Source: Phyllobates terribilis
Taxonomy: Eukaryota
Assembly (NCBI RefSeq): GCF_046119375.1
Contig: NW_027362769.1
Coordinates: 143,406,001 to 143,470,000, forward strand
Length of the DNA: 64,000 nt
Reading direction: 5' to 3'
Positions within the stretch are counted from its first letter, which is position 1. The number at the start of each line of letters is the position of its first letter. The notes below the pieces were generated by a model. That model was not told where the DNA came from, made no database searches, and was given only the letters and a program-made list of their open reading frames with translations. Below are positions 21,252 to 34,163 of this stretch, one piece after another. The translations under genes were made by a program, and so were the position numbers.

Positions 21252-24200
21252 GGCCCATGCAAACTGTTACAGATACGGGTAGTGCTGCGGTGCAAGGAGG
21301 GACCAGAGGGGCGTAACTAGGTATCGACTCGGACTGACCAAGGTCGCACGGTGGCTCAATCGACTCCATGAACCAGGGAAGGACCGAGCAGAGGGACATT
21401 CTCCGGGTAGGCAGGCAAGCCTGGCCCATAGACAGACTGGCGGGTTAGGACCGTAGGCAGACCGTCGGGCTGGAGAGTGCACTTGGCTGGTGGAGACAGG
21501 TAGTCAGGCTGGCGGACTGGACTGGTAGTCAGGCTGGCGGACTGGACTGGTAGTCAGGCTGGCGGACTGGACTGGTAGTCAGGCTAGCAGCGGGACCTGA
21601 GGGCTGAAGCAGAGTTTAGAACGCAAAGCTACAACCTTGCACGGGCACCTCCATTTTGGAGGAGGTGCCTTTTATATGAGAAGTCCTCTGGCCATTGGCC
21701 GGTGACTCCTTAGGATGGCGCGCGCGGCTCCTTTAAGAGGGAGGGAGCGCGTGCGCGCCCTAAGCACAGTGCCCGGGAAGCTGCGCGCGACAGCAGCTGG
21801 AGAGCCAGAAGACGCCGGGCCAGGCGGTAAGGGGGATGGCGTCTCTGCCTGTCAGGGGGCCGAGACGCCGATGCTACATCAGGGACAAGATCATAGACCT
21901 GCACAAAGCTGGAATAGGGCTACAAAACCATAAATAAGACGCTGGGTGAGAAGGAGACAACTGTTGGTGCAATAGTAAGACAATGGAAGAAATACAAAAT
22001 GACTGTCAATTGACATCGATCTGGGGCACCATGCAAAATCTCACCTCGTGGGGTATCCTTGATCATGAAAAAGGTGAAAGTTCAGCCTAAAACTACACGG
22101 GGGGGAACTTGTTAATGATCTCAAGGCAGCTGGGACCACAGTCAGCAAGAAAACCATTGGTAACACATTATACCTTTAAAGGTTTAAAATCCTGCAGTGC
22201 CTGCAAGGTCCCCCTGCTCAAGAAGGCACATGTACAGGCCCGTCTGAAGTTTGCCAATGAACACCTGGATGATTCTGTGAGTTATTGGGAGAAGGTGCTG
22301 TGGTCAGATGAGACAAAAATTTAGCTCTTTGATATTGACTTAACTCGCCGTGTTTAGAAGAAGTACAACCCTAAGAACATGGTCCCAACCGTCAAGCATG
22401 GTGGGGGAAACATTATACTTTGGCGGTGCTTTTCCAGCAAGACAATAACCCAAAACATACAGCCAAGCCAACAAAGGAATGGCCCAAAAAGAAGCACTGT
22501 AAGGTCATGGAGCAGCCTAGCCAGTCTCCAGACCTTAATCCCATAGAAAACTTATCAAGGGAGCTGAAGCTCCGAGTTGCCAAGCGACAGCCTCAAAATC
22601 GTAATGATTTAGAGATGATCTGCAAAGAGTAGTGGACCAAAATTCCTCCTGACATGTGCGCAAACCTCATCATCAACTACAAATAATGTCTGACTGCTGT
22701 GCTTGCCAACAAGGGTTTTGCCACCAGGTATTAAGTGTTTGCCAGAGGGATCAAGTACTTATTTCTTACTTAAAAATGCAAAAAAAAATATTTAATTTAT
22801 ACAAAGTGATTTTCTTGATTTTTTTTTTTTTGGGATATTCTACCTCTCAATATTAAAATTAACCTACCCTTAAAATTATAGACTGTTCATGTCTTGGTCA
22901 GTGGGCAAACTTTCAAAAACAGCAAGGGATCAAATACTTATTCCCCCCCCCCTCTGTGTGTGTGTATGTATATATTAATATTCCATGAGCTGGAATCGGA
23001 GGTGTATTTACCATACGCTCACGGTGACTTCCCCAATAACCGGCCTAGTAGTGGAAGCAGTTGCGGCCTCGTCCATTACTTGTCAGTCATTTGTGTAATT
23101 GTCCTGACGAATGAAGGCAGCGTCCCTTCATAAATTGGTGTTAGCAATGGGATCTGTGTGACTCACACGGCTGCGTCTCATTGACAACTGGTGGCAGCGG
23201 TGGGATTTATGCGATTTCCCCAGTGTCATCTTTGACAAACTGGTGACAGCAGTGGGATCTGTGTGACACCCTCCCCGATGTCCTCCTAGACATATAGGAT
23301 CTGTAATACTCATTTTCTTATGTGGATCCAAGGAGGCGTGCTTCTTCCAAGTGCACTGACACACCCCCAGTGCACCTTCAGCCTGATTTGCATATGACTT
23401 CTACGCTTGATTTCTCATGACTGGTACATCAGATCTCTACAAAAAAGGTATCTTTTTAATTGGGGGACAGACATACCACTTCTTATATATTTAAAAAAGC
23501 GCTGATAAATTCCCTTCGAATCAGAGCTTTAATTTCTCTTTTGAGTATAGGATATTTCAATTTTAGTAAGTTGTTTTTTGTACACAAGTTATAAAATCAA
23601 TGCTACATAATTGAATTTTACAGTTTGCTGCAATGGGAAGTCTGATTGTGAAGCTTTATGGAGTATCGTTATTGTAGAAATTATTACTGCGATTAGTATA
23701 ATTTGAAGCATACACAAACAATGTGTATACATAGCATAACATAACATAACATACAATGTTTCCTGTCTAGGAAGTACAGAATTGTGCATGCTTGGGGGGA
23801 GAGTGGTCCCACTTTTATAAGACATTCTCATGTCTGTGAGTTAATCATGCAGGTTTGCAATGAATGAGCACCAAGACCTACACACTGTGATACTGGCAGC
23901 TGCTGATCTAAAAGAGATTTGCACCCCCTGTTGGACACTTCTGGAAAAACAAAAATTTGAGTATATACGACTTTATATGTCTATCGCACTGTATTGTCCC
24001 ACTCCTATAGTAAATCACATAACTACACTTTCATCATCTAGCAAATTACAATGTAAATCAGTCATTACAATTGTCTGCAAGGAGCTCTTTAATAACCTTG
24101 TAGTTATTCTTGTGCCTCCCGACAAAAAAAGGAAATCACAGCACATGCTTGGTTTAGTTCCCAATATCCACCACAAGAAAACAAGTAGCACATCATAGTT

Positions 24201-24589
24201 TTTTAGGGCTACGTCTTAAAGAAAAATTCATCCCCAATACCAATATGGTGATAAGAATGAATCCCTGCATCATGGGTGTCACTACCGGGGTGCAGTCATA
24301 GCAGCAACTATGGAGACCCACAACTAAGAGGGTCAATGTCTACTCAGAGATAAAGTAATTAGTGATGAGTATAGACATGGGATGGGAGGAAGAGGAATGC
24401 ATGTGGCCCTATTCTAAGTTTTTTTATTGTGGAGCCCCTTATTTCCGGCTGATGGGTGTACTATCCCTTGTAAATGATGATACTTTTTGCATTCTTCCTG
24501 TTCAGTGACATAATTTGTGCATGTGCATTGTACATGCATGTTACATGTCTTGTGTGTATTATTCTTATGCTCTGATACCTTGATGCACA

Positions 24590-24960
24590 TTATCCCTGTA
24601 CTGTGACATCACTGTGTGTATTATCCCTGTACTGTGACATCACTGTGTGTATTATCCCTGTACTGCGACATCACTGTGTTTATTATCCCTGTACTGTGAC
24701 ATCACTGTGTGTATTATCCCTGTACTGTGACATCACTGTTTATTATCTCTGTACTGTGACAGCGCTGTGTTTATTATCCCTGTACTGTGACATCACTGTG
24801 TGTATTATCCCTGTAGTGTGACATCACTGTGTTTATTATCCCTGTACTGTGACATCACTGTGTGTATTATCCCTGTACTGTGACATCGCTGTGTATGTTA
24901 TCCCTGTACTGTGACATCGCTGTGTGCGTTATCCCTGTATTGTGCATTATCTATGTACTA
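24590..24960. repeat. 31-bp minisatellite (tattatccctgtactgtgacatcactgtgtg)n
   Basis: Period 31 (24591, 24622, ...), about 11 units. Confidence 0.93.
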
Positions 24961-26031
24961 CATCACAGTGTCATGCTGAGGGTGGTCATACTGGGCCCTA
25001 GTACAAGTTTTGCTGTTATAACCTATGGCCCTCCAGCTGTTGAAGACCTACAACGCTCAGCACGCCTGGAAGCTGTTTCTGTGAAAGCTAAAAGGTGAGA
25101 ATTTATGAAACGAGTCCTAGTAATATCGGACGCCATCATGGATCTGCTGATAGCATGTGCGTTTCACATAGCTTGTGATTGAATACCTGCATGTAGTGAA
25201 TCTGCTGTGCAATCAGTGACACGGCCGGCTTACTGCGGGAGCTGATGAGGCTGCCTCAGGCCAAATTCTCAAATAAATGCACATAAATAATAGATCTGTT
25301 GTATCCCAAATTACAGGCACATCCTTGGTAACAGCTGCACATTATACCGAGGCCTAAATTATTCAGTACGAAAATTACTACAACTTTTTTTATATATACT
25401 TTTATGTTTTATCATGGAGGGAAATCCTTCACTCTTAAAGAAAAAATAAACTTTCATTTTTATTTTATTTTTACATTTTGACCAGCATGGAAAGTAATGA
25501 AATTTTGCAAATCCCTAGGATTTGTCTTCAACCCTGCAAGTGGCTTCCAAATCCTTGCATTTCCACAATCTATTTGTCTGCCTTCAGCTACATTGATATA
25601 GGAGAGACGTGTCAATCTTGGGCAGTGGGCGGGGAGAAGATGCCGGGGACACTCCTGTCCGACTAGTTTATAGCACGGTCTCAATCCCCGGCGGCTTTTA
25701 AAGTATGTTTTTTATGAATTGCCGCAAAGTTTTCAGAGTTGAACGTACCTGGCAGAGATAATATAGCTAATGTTTAATACATGCTACCTATGGATTTGGC
25801 AGCATTTATCAGCTGACAGGTTCTCTTTAAAATCAATAAGAAAACCAGTCTTCAGTAAGCTCTTCAGCTCCCTCTAGTGTTGACTACAGGCAGATGGAAT
25901 TTTATCATTTACATCTGTGACAAGTGAAGCAGGGAATTTAATGTTCTGTATCTGAGAAGCAGAATCACCAGCCCTGTAAATAAATATTTTTAAATTAATT
26001 TTATCCACTTAACTAAAGACCATGGTATATA

Positions 26032-27677
26032 CAGATAAGTCCATATATATTTGGACAGAGACAACATTTTTTATAATTTTGGTTCTAGACATTACCACAA
26101 TGAATTTTACACAAAACAATTCAGATGCAGTTGAAGTTCAGACTTTCAGCTTTCATTTGAGGGTATCCACATTAAAATTGGATGAAGGGTTTAGGAGTTT
26201 CAGCTCCATAACATGTGCCACCCTGTTTTTAAAGGGACCAAAAGTAATTGGACTATTGACTCCAAGGCTATTTCATGGACAGGTGTGGGCAATCCCTTCG
26301 TTATGTCATTCTCAATTAAGCAGGTAAAAGGCCTGGAGTTATTTGAGGTGTGGGGCTTGCATTTGGAAGGTTTTGCTGTGAAGTAAACATGCGGTCAAAG
26401 GAGCTCTCCATGCAGGTGAAACAAGCCATCCTTAAGCTGCAAAAACAGAAAAAACCCATCCGAGAAATTGCTACAATATTAGGAGTGGCAAAATCTAGTT
26501 TGGTACATCCTGAGAAAGAAAGAAAGCACTGGTGAACTCATCAATGCAAAAAGACCTGGGCACCCACGGAAGACAACAGTGGTGGATGATCGCAGAATAA
26601 TCTCCATGGTGAAGAGAAACCCGTTCACAACAGCCAACCAAGTGAACAACACTCTCCAGGAGGTAGGCGTATCAATATCCAAATCTACCATAAAGAGAAA
26701 ACTGCATGAAAGTAAATACAGAGGGTTCACTGCGCGGTGCAAGCCACTCATAAGCATCAAGAATAAAAACGCTAGACTGGACTTTGCTAAAAAACATCTA
26801 AAAAAGCCAGCACAGTTCTGGAAGAACATTCTTTGGACAGATGAAACCAAGATCAACCTCTACCAGAATGATGGAAAGAGAAAAGTATGGCGAAGGCGTG
26901 GTACAGCTCATGATCCAAAGCATACCACATCATCTGTAAAACACAGCGGAGGCAGTGTGATGGCTTGGGCATGCATGGCTGCCAGTGGCACTGGGTCACT
27001 AGTGTTTATTGATGATGTGACACAGGACAGAAGCAGCCGAATGAATTCTGATGTATTCAGAGCCGTACTGTGTGCTCAGATCCAGCCAAATGCAGCCAAA
27101 CAGATTGGTCGTCGTTTCATACTACAGATGGACAATGACCCAAAACATAAAGCCAAAGCAACCCAGGAGTTTATTAAAGCAAAGAAGTGGAATATTCTTG
27201 AATGGCCAAGTCAGTCACCTGATCTCAACCCAATTGAGCATGCATTTCACTTGTTAAAGACTAAACTTCAGACAGAAAGGCCCAAAAACAAACAGCAACT
27301 GAAAACCACCGCAGTGAAGGCCTGGCAGAGCATCAAAAAGGAGGAAACACAGCGTCTGGTGATGTCCATGAGTTCAAGACTTCAGGCAGTCATTGCCAAC
27401 AAAGGGTTTTCAACCAAGTACTAGAAATGAACATTTTATTTACAATTATTTAATCTGTCCAATTACTTTTGGTCCCTTTAAAAACAGGGTGTCACATGTT
27501 AAGGAGCTGAAACTCCTAAACACTTCATCCAATTTTAATGTGGATACCCTCAAATGAAAGCTGAAAGTCTGAACTTCAACTGCATCTGAATTGTTTTGTT
27601 TAAAGTTCATTGTGGTAATGTCTAGAACCAAAATTAGAAAAATGTTGTCTCTGTCCAAATATATATGGACCTAACTG
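26032..27677 (+). mobile_element. Full-length Tc1-like DD34E transposon, copy A (one 2-bp deletion near the N-terminus)
   Basis: TA-flanked long TIRs (CAG.TA.GTCCATATATATTTGGACAGAGAC). ATG at 26389, frameshift at ~26498, then open to 27424 with WTDETK and MDNDPKH-(34)-E motifs. Confidence 0.93.
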
Positions 27678-28391
27678 TACCATATTTTATGCTTCTTCTA
27701 CTAATACGCCCCCTTTTTTTTACAGCTTTGCTTCTGAAGAAGATGGCAGCGTTGTGCCCTGCATGTCCATTATATATCCATCATGGAGCATGTCAGGGAC
27801 TTCGGAGCGGGCTCAGAAGCATAGCCACAGAGGACAGATGCCAGCTGTACTATATAGCTGACATCTGCTTCTAACAACAGCGGGCAGTGAACCTGGCGAT
27901 TGCTGCTGTTAACCTCCTTAAATGCCGCTGTCAATTGCTAACAGTGGTATGTAAGCGCTGCAATCCAGCCCAGATGTCAGTTTGGGCAGCCATTGGCTTC
28001 CATGCAATGGAAATGCGGGGAACCGATGGGCTGCAATGACAACCAGGGGCCGGCTGCATGCCCCCGTGTTTGTCATGTGATCTACTATGTGATGTCCAGT
28101 CTGTAGCTGGACATCATGGAAGACAGTGATTTTTACTATGTACAGCAATGCTGTGGTATTGCTGTACATAGTAGAGGCGATCAGATGATCTTAGGTTGAA
28201 GTCCCCTAAGGGGACTAACAAAGTAAAAAGTAAAAAAGTTTTTGAAAAAGTTAAAAAAAAATATATAAAAATTCTAATCACATCCCTTTTCCCCGGTTAA
28301 CAATAAACAAAGGTAACACATTTGATTGAATAAACTTCCAGTCCTCAAAGTGTTCAACCCTTTTATATGCCACGATAAATGGTTCCTCTAA

Positions 28392-28605
28392 GGTCACGGC
28401 CCCGCTATCAGTATTTGGTCAGTATTCGGTCAGTATTTTTTCTCAGGAGTGGGAGCCAAAACCAGGAGTGGGTGATAAATGCAGAATTGGTGACTTGTTT
28501 CTATTATACTTTTTCTCTGATTGTTCCTCACCTGGTTTTGGCTCCTACTCCTGAGAAAAAATACTGACTGAATACTAACCAAATACTGATAGTGGGGCTG
28601 TGGCC
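28392..28605. mobile_element. PIF/Harbinger-type MITE
   Basis: About 80-bp inverted arms with GG...CC termini; TAA on both flanks (28389-28391, 28606-28608). Confidence 0.75.
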
Positions 28606-30169
28606 TAAGATGCCGGGAGCTGCCCGTCTCCGACACTGAGGATGAGCCCAATAAAAATTCTATGGCCCTGGTTCATGGCATTTCGTACCCCAGTCCGAAT
28701 GTGGACCGTGTAGGAATTATAAATTTGCATGCATCTCACCAGAAATGTTACTCCAGTCATAGATGCCGCCACTTATGATAAATATGTTGGGCGGGTGTAG
28801 TCATGTCCTGGCTCCTCCCCAGCTCCGCCCACTTTAACACCAGCCCAAAATTCTCAATTTCTTTGTGCAGCTTTGTGTTGTTCAAAAATTTTGTAACTTT
28901 TCAAAGTGTTTTATGTGATAATTCTGATTTTTGGATTTTGATGCATCATTATGTATTTGTCTGTCTTCAGTTTCGGAGGAGAACAGCGCTCAGATGAGTG
29001 CATTATGCCTTTGTTTCAGCAATCATGGGGGTCTCTGCACCTGGACTGTCACCAATCAAAACTTTTGACTTGTGTCTATGTCCACAGGATCTTCAACCAA
29101 GTAAAAAAAAAGTTCCATGTGTTTCCATATATGGCTGGTATTCTTTGTGTTTTAGCATTGACTTCTCCATGCTTTTCTTGCCCTATTTTTTCGTTAAAAT
29201 TACTTTCTTGTAGTAGCGGCATATAGTGATCTTTAGCTGTGCAACCAATGTTGTGTTCAAAGTCGCCGCTTAGCTCCAGATGGAGGGGCTGATTCATCAA
29301 TGTGTCTTACCCCAGTTTTCTGGGATTAAAACACTTTAAAAAAACATCTAAATTTTTGCACAACGAGAAGTTGCGCAAAAATTTTGTGACTTTTGGCATT
29401 TTTTGCACCAGTCTCCGCCAAAGTGGGCGGAGCATGGGAAAGATAAGACATGGCAACTGCCTGCCAAATTTATCAAAGGATTCACTACTTTAGTGGCATA
29501 ACTTATGCCAGTAACTTTTCTGGCGAGGTGCACGGAGGCGCACGCCACTGAGACAATGCGCCGTTTTATTTAGTGGAGTGCACCTTTTGAAGGGTTATTT
29601 GCATTTTACTCCTGCTCGCCCCTCATTTTTGATTTGTAGGATGTCATAATGTCGTCATCATCGTGGCATGGCACACACACACACACACGTCGTGCCAGGC
29701 CGGTTAATCAAAAAAGGCACCAGGGTTGCGTGTAGTTACGAAGTGGTTCACCAGGCTTCCATTCAGCAGCCACAGAATACAGACCTGACTGCTGGACCAG
29801 GGTCTGGCAAATCAATTTGCTCATCTCTACCTTTAACAATATAGGTTGCTCATATCCTGGAACAGATGTGTAGTGTCTGATCGGGCAGATTGACATGCAG
29901 TAATTTTTTATTGTCATTTTTTTCATTTCCATAGTGTACAGTTATATAAGAAACTCTGTATATACCCAGCAGAGAAATCTGTTTCTTTTACCTTCTGGAT
30001 TCATCATTCATTCTCAATTCATGGGTAAAATTTATGCTCAGTGAAAAGACATTTTCCCATTAATGACAAAGGAGATGACAGTTGGTGCTTTCAGAATTCT
30101 ATGGAGGGGGAGGAGCTAGAGGCGGAGACAGACATTCTGCTGCAAGTTCTCCAGAAAGACAGTTGGGGT

Positions 30170-30769
30170 AGGTGCAGACGGCCTTAGATTCTCTCATCCG
30201 AGAGGATGGGGCCGATTATGCAAATAACACTCCGATCAAATCAGAGTGTGAGCATCGTGTGATCCGATTCTCTCGAATGAGGATAAGATGGAGGAAAAAA
30301 AATGTCTCCATCTTCTCCATTCTGTGATTGCACAAATATCGGACTGCACTCAGATGAGGGAGAAAAAGTATCCAGCTTTGGAGATCCCATAAAAATCAGA
30401 AGTTTTATTTAAATATGTTAAAAAATTCAATAATGGATGTCAGCATAAAGTCACAACCCCCGATGGGACAAAGTAGGCCAGACGCATTTCAGACCATCCG
30501 GTCTTTAATCATTGCTTAAAAAATGTCTCCATCTTCTCCATTCTGTGAGTACACGAAAATCGGACTGCACTCAGATGACATCCAACGGAATCATTGACTT
30601 GCATGAATATCGGATCAAACTCGGCCATGCAGTGATTTATTTCCTTGGACAAAGTCTGTCCGAGTAAAAAATCGCACATGTGCACGGCCCCATAGACTAA
30701 CATTGGTCCAAGTGTGATCCTATGTTTTATCGGATTGCACTCGGACACCAAATACACTCGTCTGCACCT
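30170..30769. mobile_element. MITE-like repeat carrying an internal ~160-bp insertion
   Basis: Terminal inverted AGGTGCAGACG / CGTCTGCACCT; ~62-bp imperfect direct repeats at 30296-30358 and 30518-30578 flank an unrelated segment. Confidence 0.5.
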
Positions 30770-31075
30770 TTCCTAACAGTTCTCTATAGAACTTTATTAG
30801 CACTAACTGTCATCACCTCTCTCAGTAATGGAAAAGTCTGAATTCACTGAAGACACATTTTTACTTGTGAATTCAGAATTTTGAGAATGAAAGATCAGTC
30901 CAGGGGGAGAAAGAAGCAGGTTTCTCTGATAATATACGTTACAAAGTTTCTTATTTTCATGTGTACTATTAATTTATGAAAAAATAAATAAAATGATGGT
31001 TACATTAAGTAGCAGAGTGGCTGGTTTACTCTGGATAAGTGACTGCAGAGCAAAGACTTCCTAAGTTCTCCCTAA

Positions 31076-31218
31076 GGCTACGTTCCCACAATGAGTTTTC
31101 GGTGAGTTTTTTATATGCTGCGTATTTTCTAAAAAATGAAAATAATTTTTTTTTTTTAATGGGTGCAGAAAATCTGCAACATCAAAAGCTCACCCAAGAT
31201 CATTGAGGGAACGTAGCC
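31076..31218. mobile_element. PIF/Harbinger-type MITE
   Basis: TIRs GGCTACGTTCCCACAATGA / TCATTGAGGGAACGTAGCC, flanked by TAA and TTA. Confidence 0.75.
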
Positions 31219-31919
31219 TTAGCGTAAGAGTGTGACCTTACCTGCAGATATACAGTATCTGCAGGCAGCTTCACTCCTCTGCAGTTCTCTCGCTGTGATT
31301 GATTTCCGGCAGGTGTCTATGCCATATGTGCTATCATTTATCAGCAGTGTGAGATGAGAGCGCTGAACATGGCACCCGATGTTGTTATCTAAACTAACAG
31401 TAGGAATTCTGCGCGGCGATTCCTCTCATGTGAAATATGTTTTCAGACACAAATGCAATGATCTGTTTCCTGCGATGATGTATTCATGTGCGATAGACAT
31501 TAGTGTTATAGACCTGTGCTTACAATGCACGTGGGGAGTATCCCATTACATACTTCTGCAATGTACAGATACTCTGTATACTCTGTATACAGGACTGTAC
31601 AGTTCGAGTCTCTAGCTGCTTCATGTATTTATGTTTGTTCTATACAATGTGGTGACCAGCCAGTATTGTCCGCTAAACATCATATATTGCATATCCACAG
31701 GACCGGTGATAAACATATGGGTATCCGACTTCTGGAGCTATGTAACCGGGGTTGTGAAGACTTCTGTGAAAATGATTTGTTAGTGAGCATATTTTTGGAA
31801 TCGGAGCCCCAGAAATCACGTATTTATCATTTATCATATGGGGCAACCTGTTTCATGCAGAGGATTGCCTTGCAGGCACCGTTTCCAACAAAAATGTTCC
31901 TTTGTGGTAAAAACTCTTG

Positions 31920-32720
31920 CTATACCAGTCATTGCTAATCAAGCTCTTTAACAGCCTTTGCCAAACAAGCTCTTCTTCACCAGTCATTTCTGATCCAGCT
32001 CTTCTTCACCAGTCATTTCTGATCCAGCTCTTCTTTACCAGTCATTTCTGATCCAGCTCTTCTTTACCAGTCATTGCTGATCCAGCTCTTAAACAGCCTT
32101 CGCAAATCCAGCTCTTCTTTACCATCCATTGCTGATCCACTTCTTCTTCACCAGTCATTGCTCATCCAGTTCTTCTTTACCAGTCGTTGCTGATCCAGCT
32201 CTTTCACAAGTAATTGCTGATCCAGGTCTTTCACCAGTCGTTGCTGATCCAGCTCTTTCACCAGTCGTTGCTGATCCAGCTCTTTCACCAGTCGTTGCTG
32301 ATCCAGTTCTTTCACCAGTCGTTGCTGATCCAGTTCTTTCACCAGTCGTTGCTGATCCAGCTCTTTCACCAGTCGTTGCTGATCCAGTTCTTTCACCAGT
32401 CGTTGCTGATCCAACTCTTTCACCAGTTGTTGCTGATCCCGATCTTCTTTCACCAGTCGTTGCTGATCCAAGTCTTTCACCAGTCGTTGCTGATCCAGAT
32501 CTTCTTTCACCAGTCGTTGCTGATCCAGATCTTCTTTCACCAGTCGTTGCTGATCCAGATCTTGTTTCACCAGTCGTTGCTGATCCAGATCTTGTTTCAC
32601 CAGTCGTTGCTGATCCAGATCTTGTTTCACCAGTCGTTGCTGATCCAGATCTTGTTTCACCAGTCGTTGCTGATCCAGATCTTCTTTCACCAGTCGTTGC
32701 TGATCCAGATCTTCTTCCCC
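31920..32720. repeat. Polarised 27/29/30-bp tandem array (core caccagtcgttgctgatccag)
   Basis: Degenerate 29-bp units at left, 27-bp units in the centre, 30-bp units at right. Confidence 0.92.
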
Positions 32721-34163
32721 AATACATCTCTGCTTTACTAATCTTTTGCTACATCAGCTTGGCAGTACCCTTACAGCCCACTCCTCTGCTTGATCCTCCA
32801 GTAACACTTGTTGGTTCTGCTCAAAAACTGGTCTTTTGGTTAAGTGGCTCTGAGGATCCACGTCATCGGGTGAGAAATAGCAAACTAAACAATACATAGT
32901 GTCTAAATAATCCGCAGCTGATCCTAGTACAATCGTTTACTGCTTCTTCAGCCATTGTATCAGTGTCTGCAGCACATATGTGAATGATTCTCTGTGAATA
33001 ATCATATAATCACCTCCTCAGAACGTGCTCGTCAGCACTCCAAATAAAAAAAGCAGCGGGTCCTTATCATTTGCATAGAGGTCATGTTTTGTTAATATGT
33101 ATCTTGTAGGAACAGACAGCGTGTAAAAAGGAATGGTAAAATCTGACACAGTGACATTTTTAAATTTCAAATTATGCAGAAAGTGATCATTAAATTAATT
33201 AGCGAATTAATTAGGAAAGAAGAGGGAAAAAAAAGAATCTAGTTAGCCCTATGCAATATTTAAGTAAGCAGGTCAATTTCTATAATTGTGATCTGTAATT
33301 TGTTGCATAACATTATGATTTAGTCATTTGTTGCAGCATAATGGGATGTTTATTAACAGTTTTATTAATTACTTGTTCATTGTTCATTTTAATAGAAAAG
33401 TCTTAATGAGTTCATTTTAGAACCATGATATTGAACAACCTTATTAGATTGGGATTAGTTACTGTTTTTACAGTACAAGCAGTCTTGATTAAAAATCTCT
33501 TACCGTTTTGTGTATACAGCTCCTACGAAAACCTATGTGTTGCCATGGTTACAGATTACTAAATACAAAGTTTTCATTTTTTTTTCATTTTATTTTTCAT
33601 TTTAGATGCAAGAAAATGAGACAGAAAGAAAATGAATGCAAAATTGTACAAAACATTTTTTTTTATCTAGGATTAGACCCAGAGAATGAAAACCCCATAA
33701 AGAAATCAAAATAAGACTGTTTCCACTTAACACAAATGTTATGTTTTTTTGTGCTACATTTTGTTGTGCCCACGGTGCATTTTTAACCCTTTGCTGATCG
33801 GGCAAATTTTCATTTTTGACCTTATGATTTTTTTTTTCCACTTTTTCCAAGAGCCAGAACTTTTTTTTATTTTCTCGTCCACATAACCGATGGCTTGTTT
33901 TTTGCGGGATGAGTTGAAGTTTTGAATAGCGCCATTGATTTTATTACTCAATGTACTAGAAAATGTGAAAAAATGTCAAGTGTGGTTAAATTGCGCAAAA
34001 AAAAAAAAAAAAAGATTATGGCGATACCAAACTTGTATATTTTTTTAAGTGTCAAAAAAACAAAACAGAAATTCATAAAAAGATTTACGTGTCACCATTT
34101 TCTGGCTGATGGAGCTGTGTGGGGGTTTGTTTTTTGCGCCCTGAGCTGACATTTTAATAAATA

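Larger units (their letters stand above)
11760..21878 (-). mobile_element. Chromodomain-bearing Gypsy/Ty3 LTR retrotransposon (Tf1/sushi-like), decayed, with nested insertions
   Basis: LTRs 21265-21878 (5') and 11760-12488 (3'), both TG...CA; PPT at ~12489-12510; TSD TCAGA/TCAGG; gag-PR-RT-RH-IN-chromo order. Confidence 0.93.
11368..22956 (+). mobile_element. Tc1-like DD34E transposon split by a ~10-kb Gypsy insertion
   Basis: TIRs CAGTGGGGGAAATAATTATTTGATCCCTTGCTG (11368) and CAGCAAGGGATCAAATACTTATTCCCCC (~22920-22956). ATG GGC AAG ACC AAA GAG at 11724 resumes at 21879. WSDETK and QQDNNPKH...SPDLNPIE motifs with a 34-residue spacing; multiple stops. Confidence 0.88.

Noticed and set aside
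24590-24960. Regular ~31-bp repeats superficially like a CRISPR array (also 48110-49790 and 62120-63762)
   Set aside because: Head-to-tail units with no unique spacers, no cas genes, and vertebrate context.
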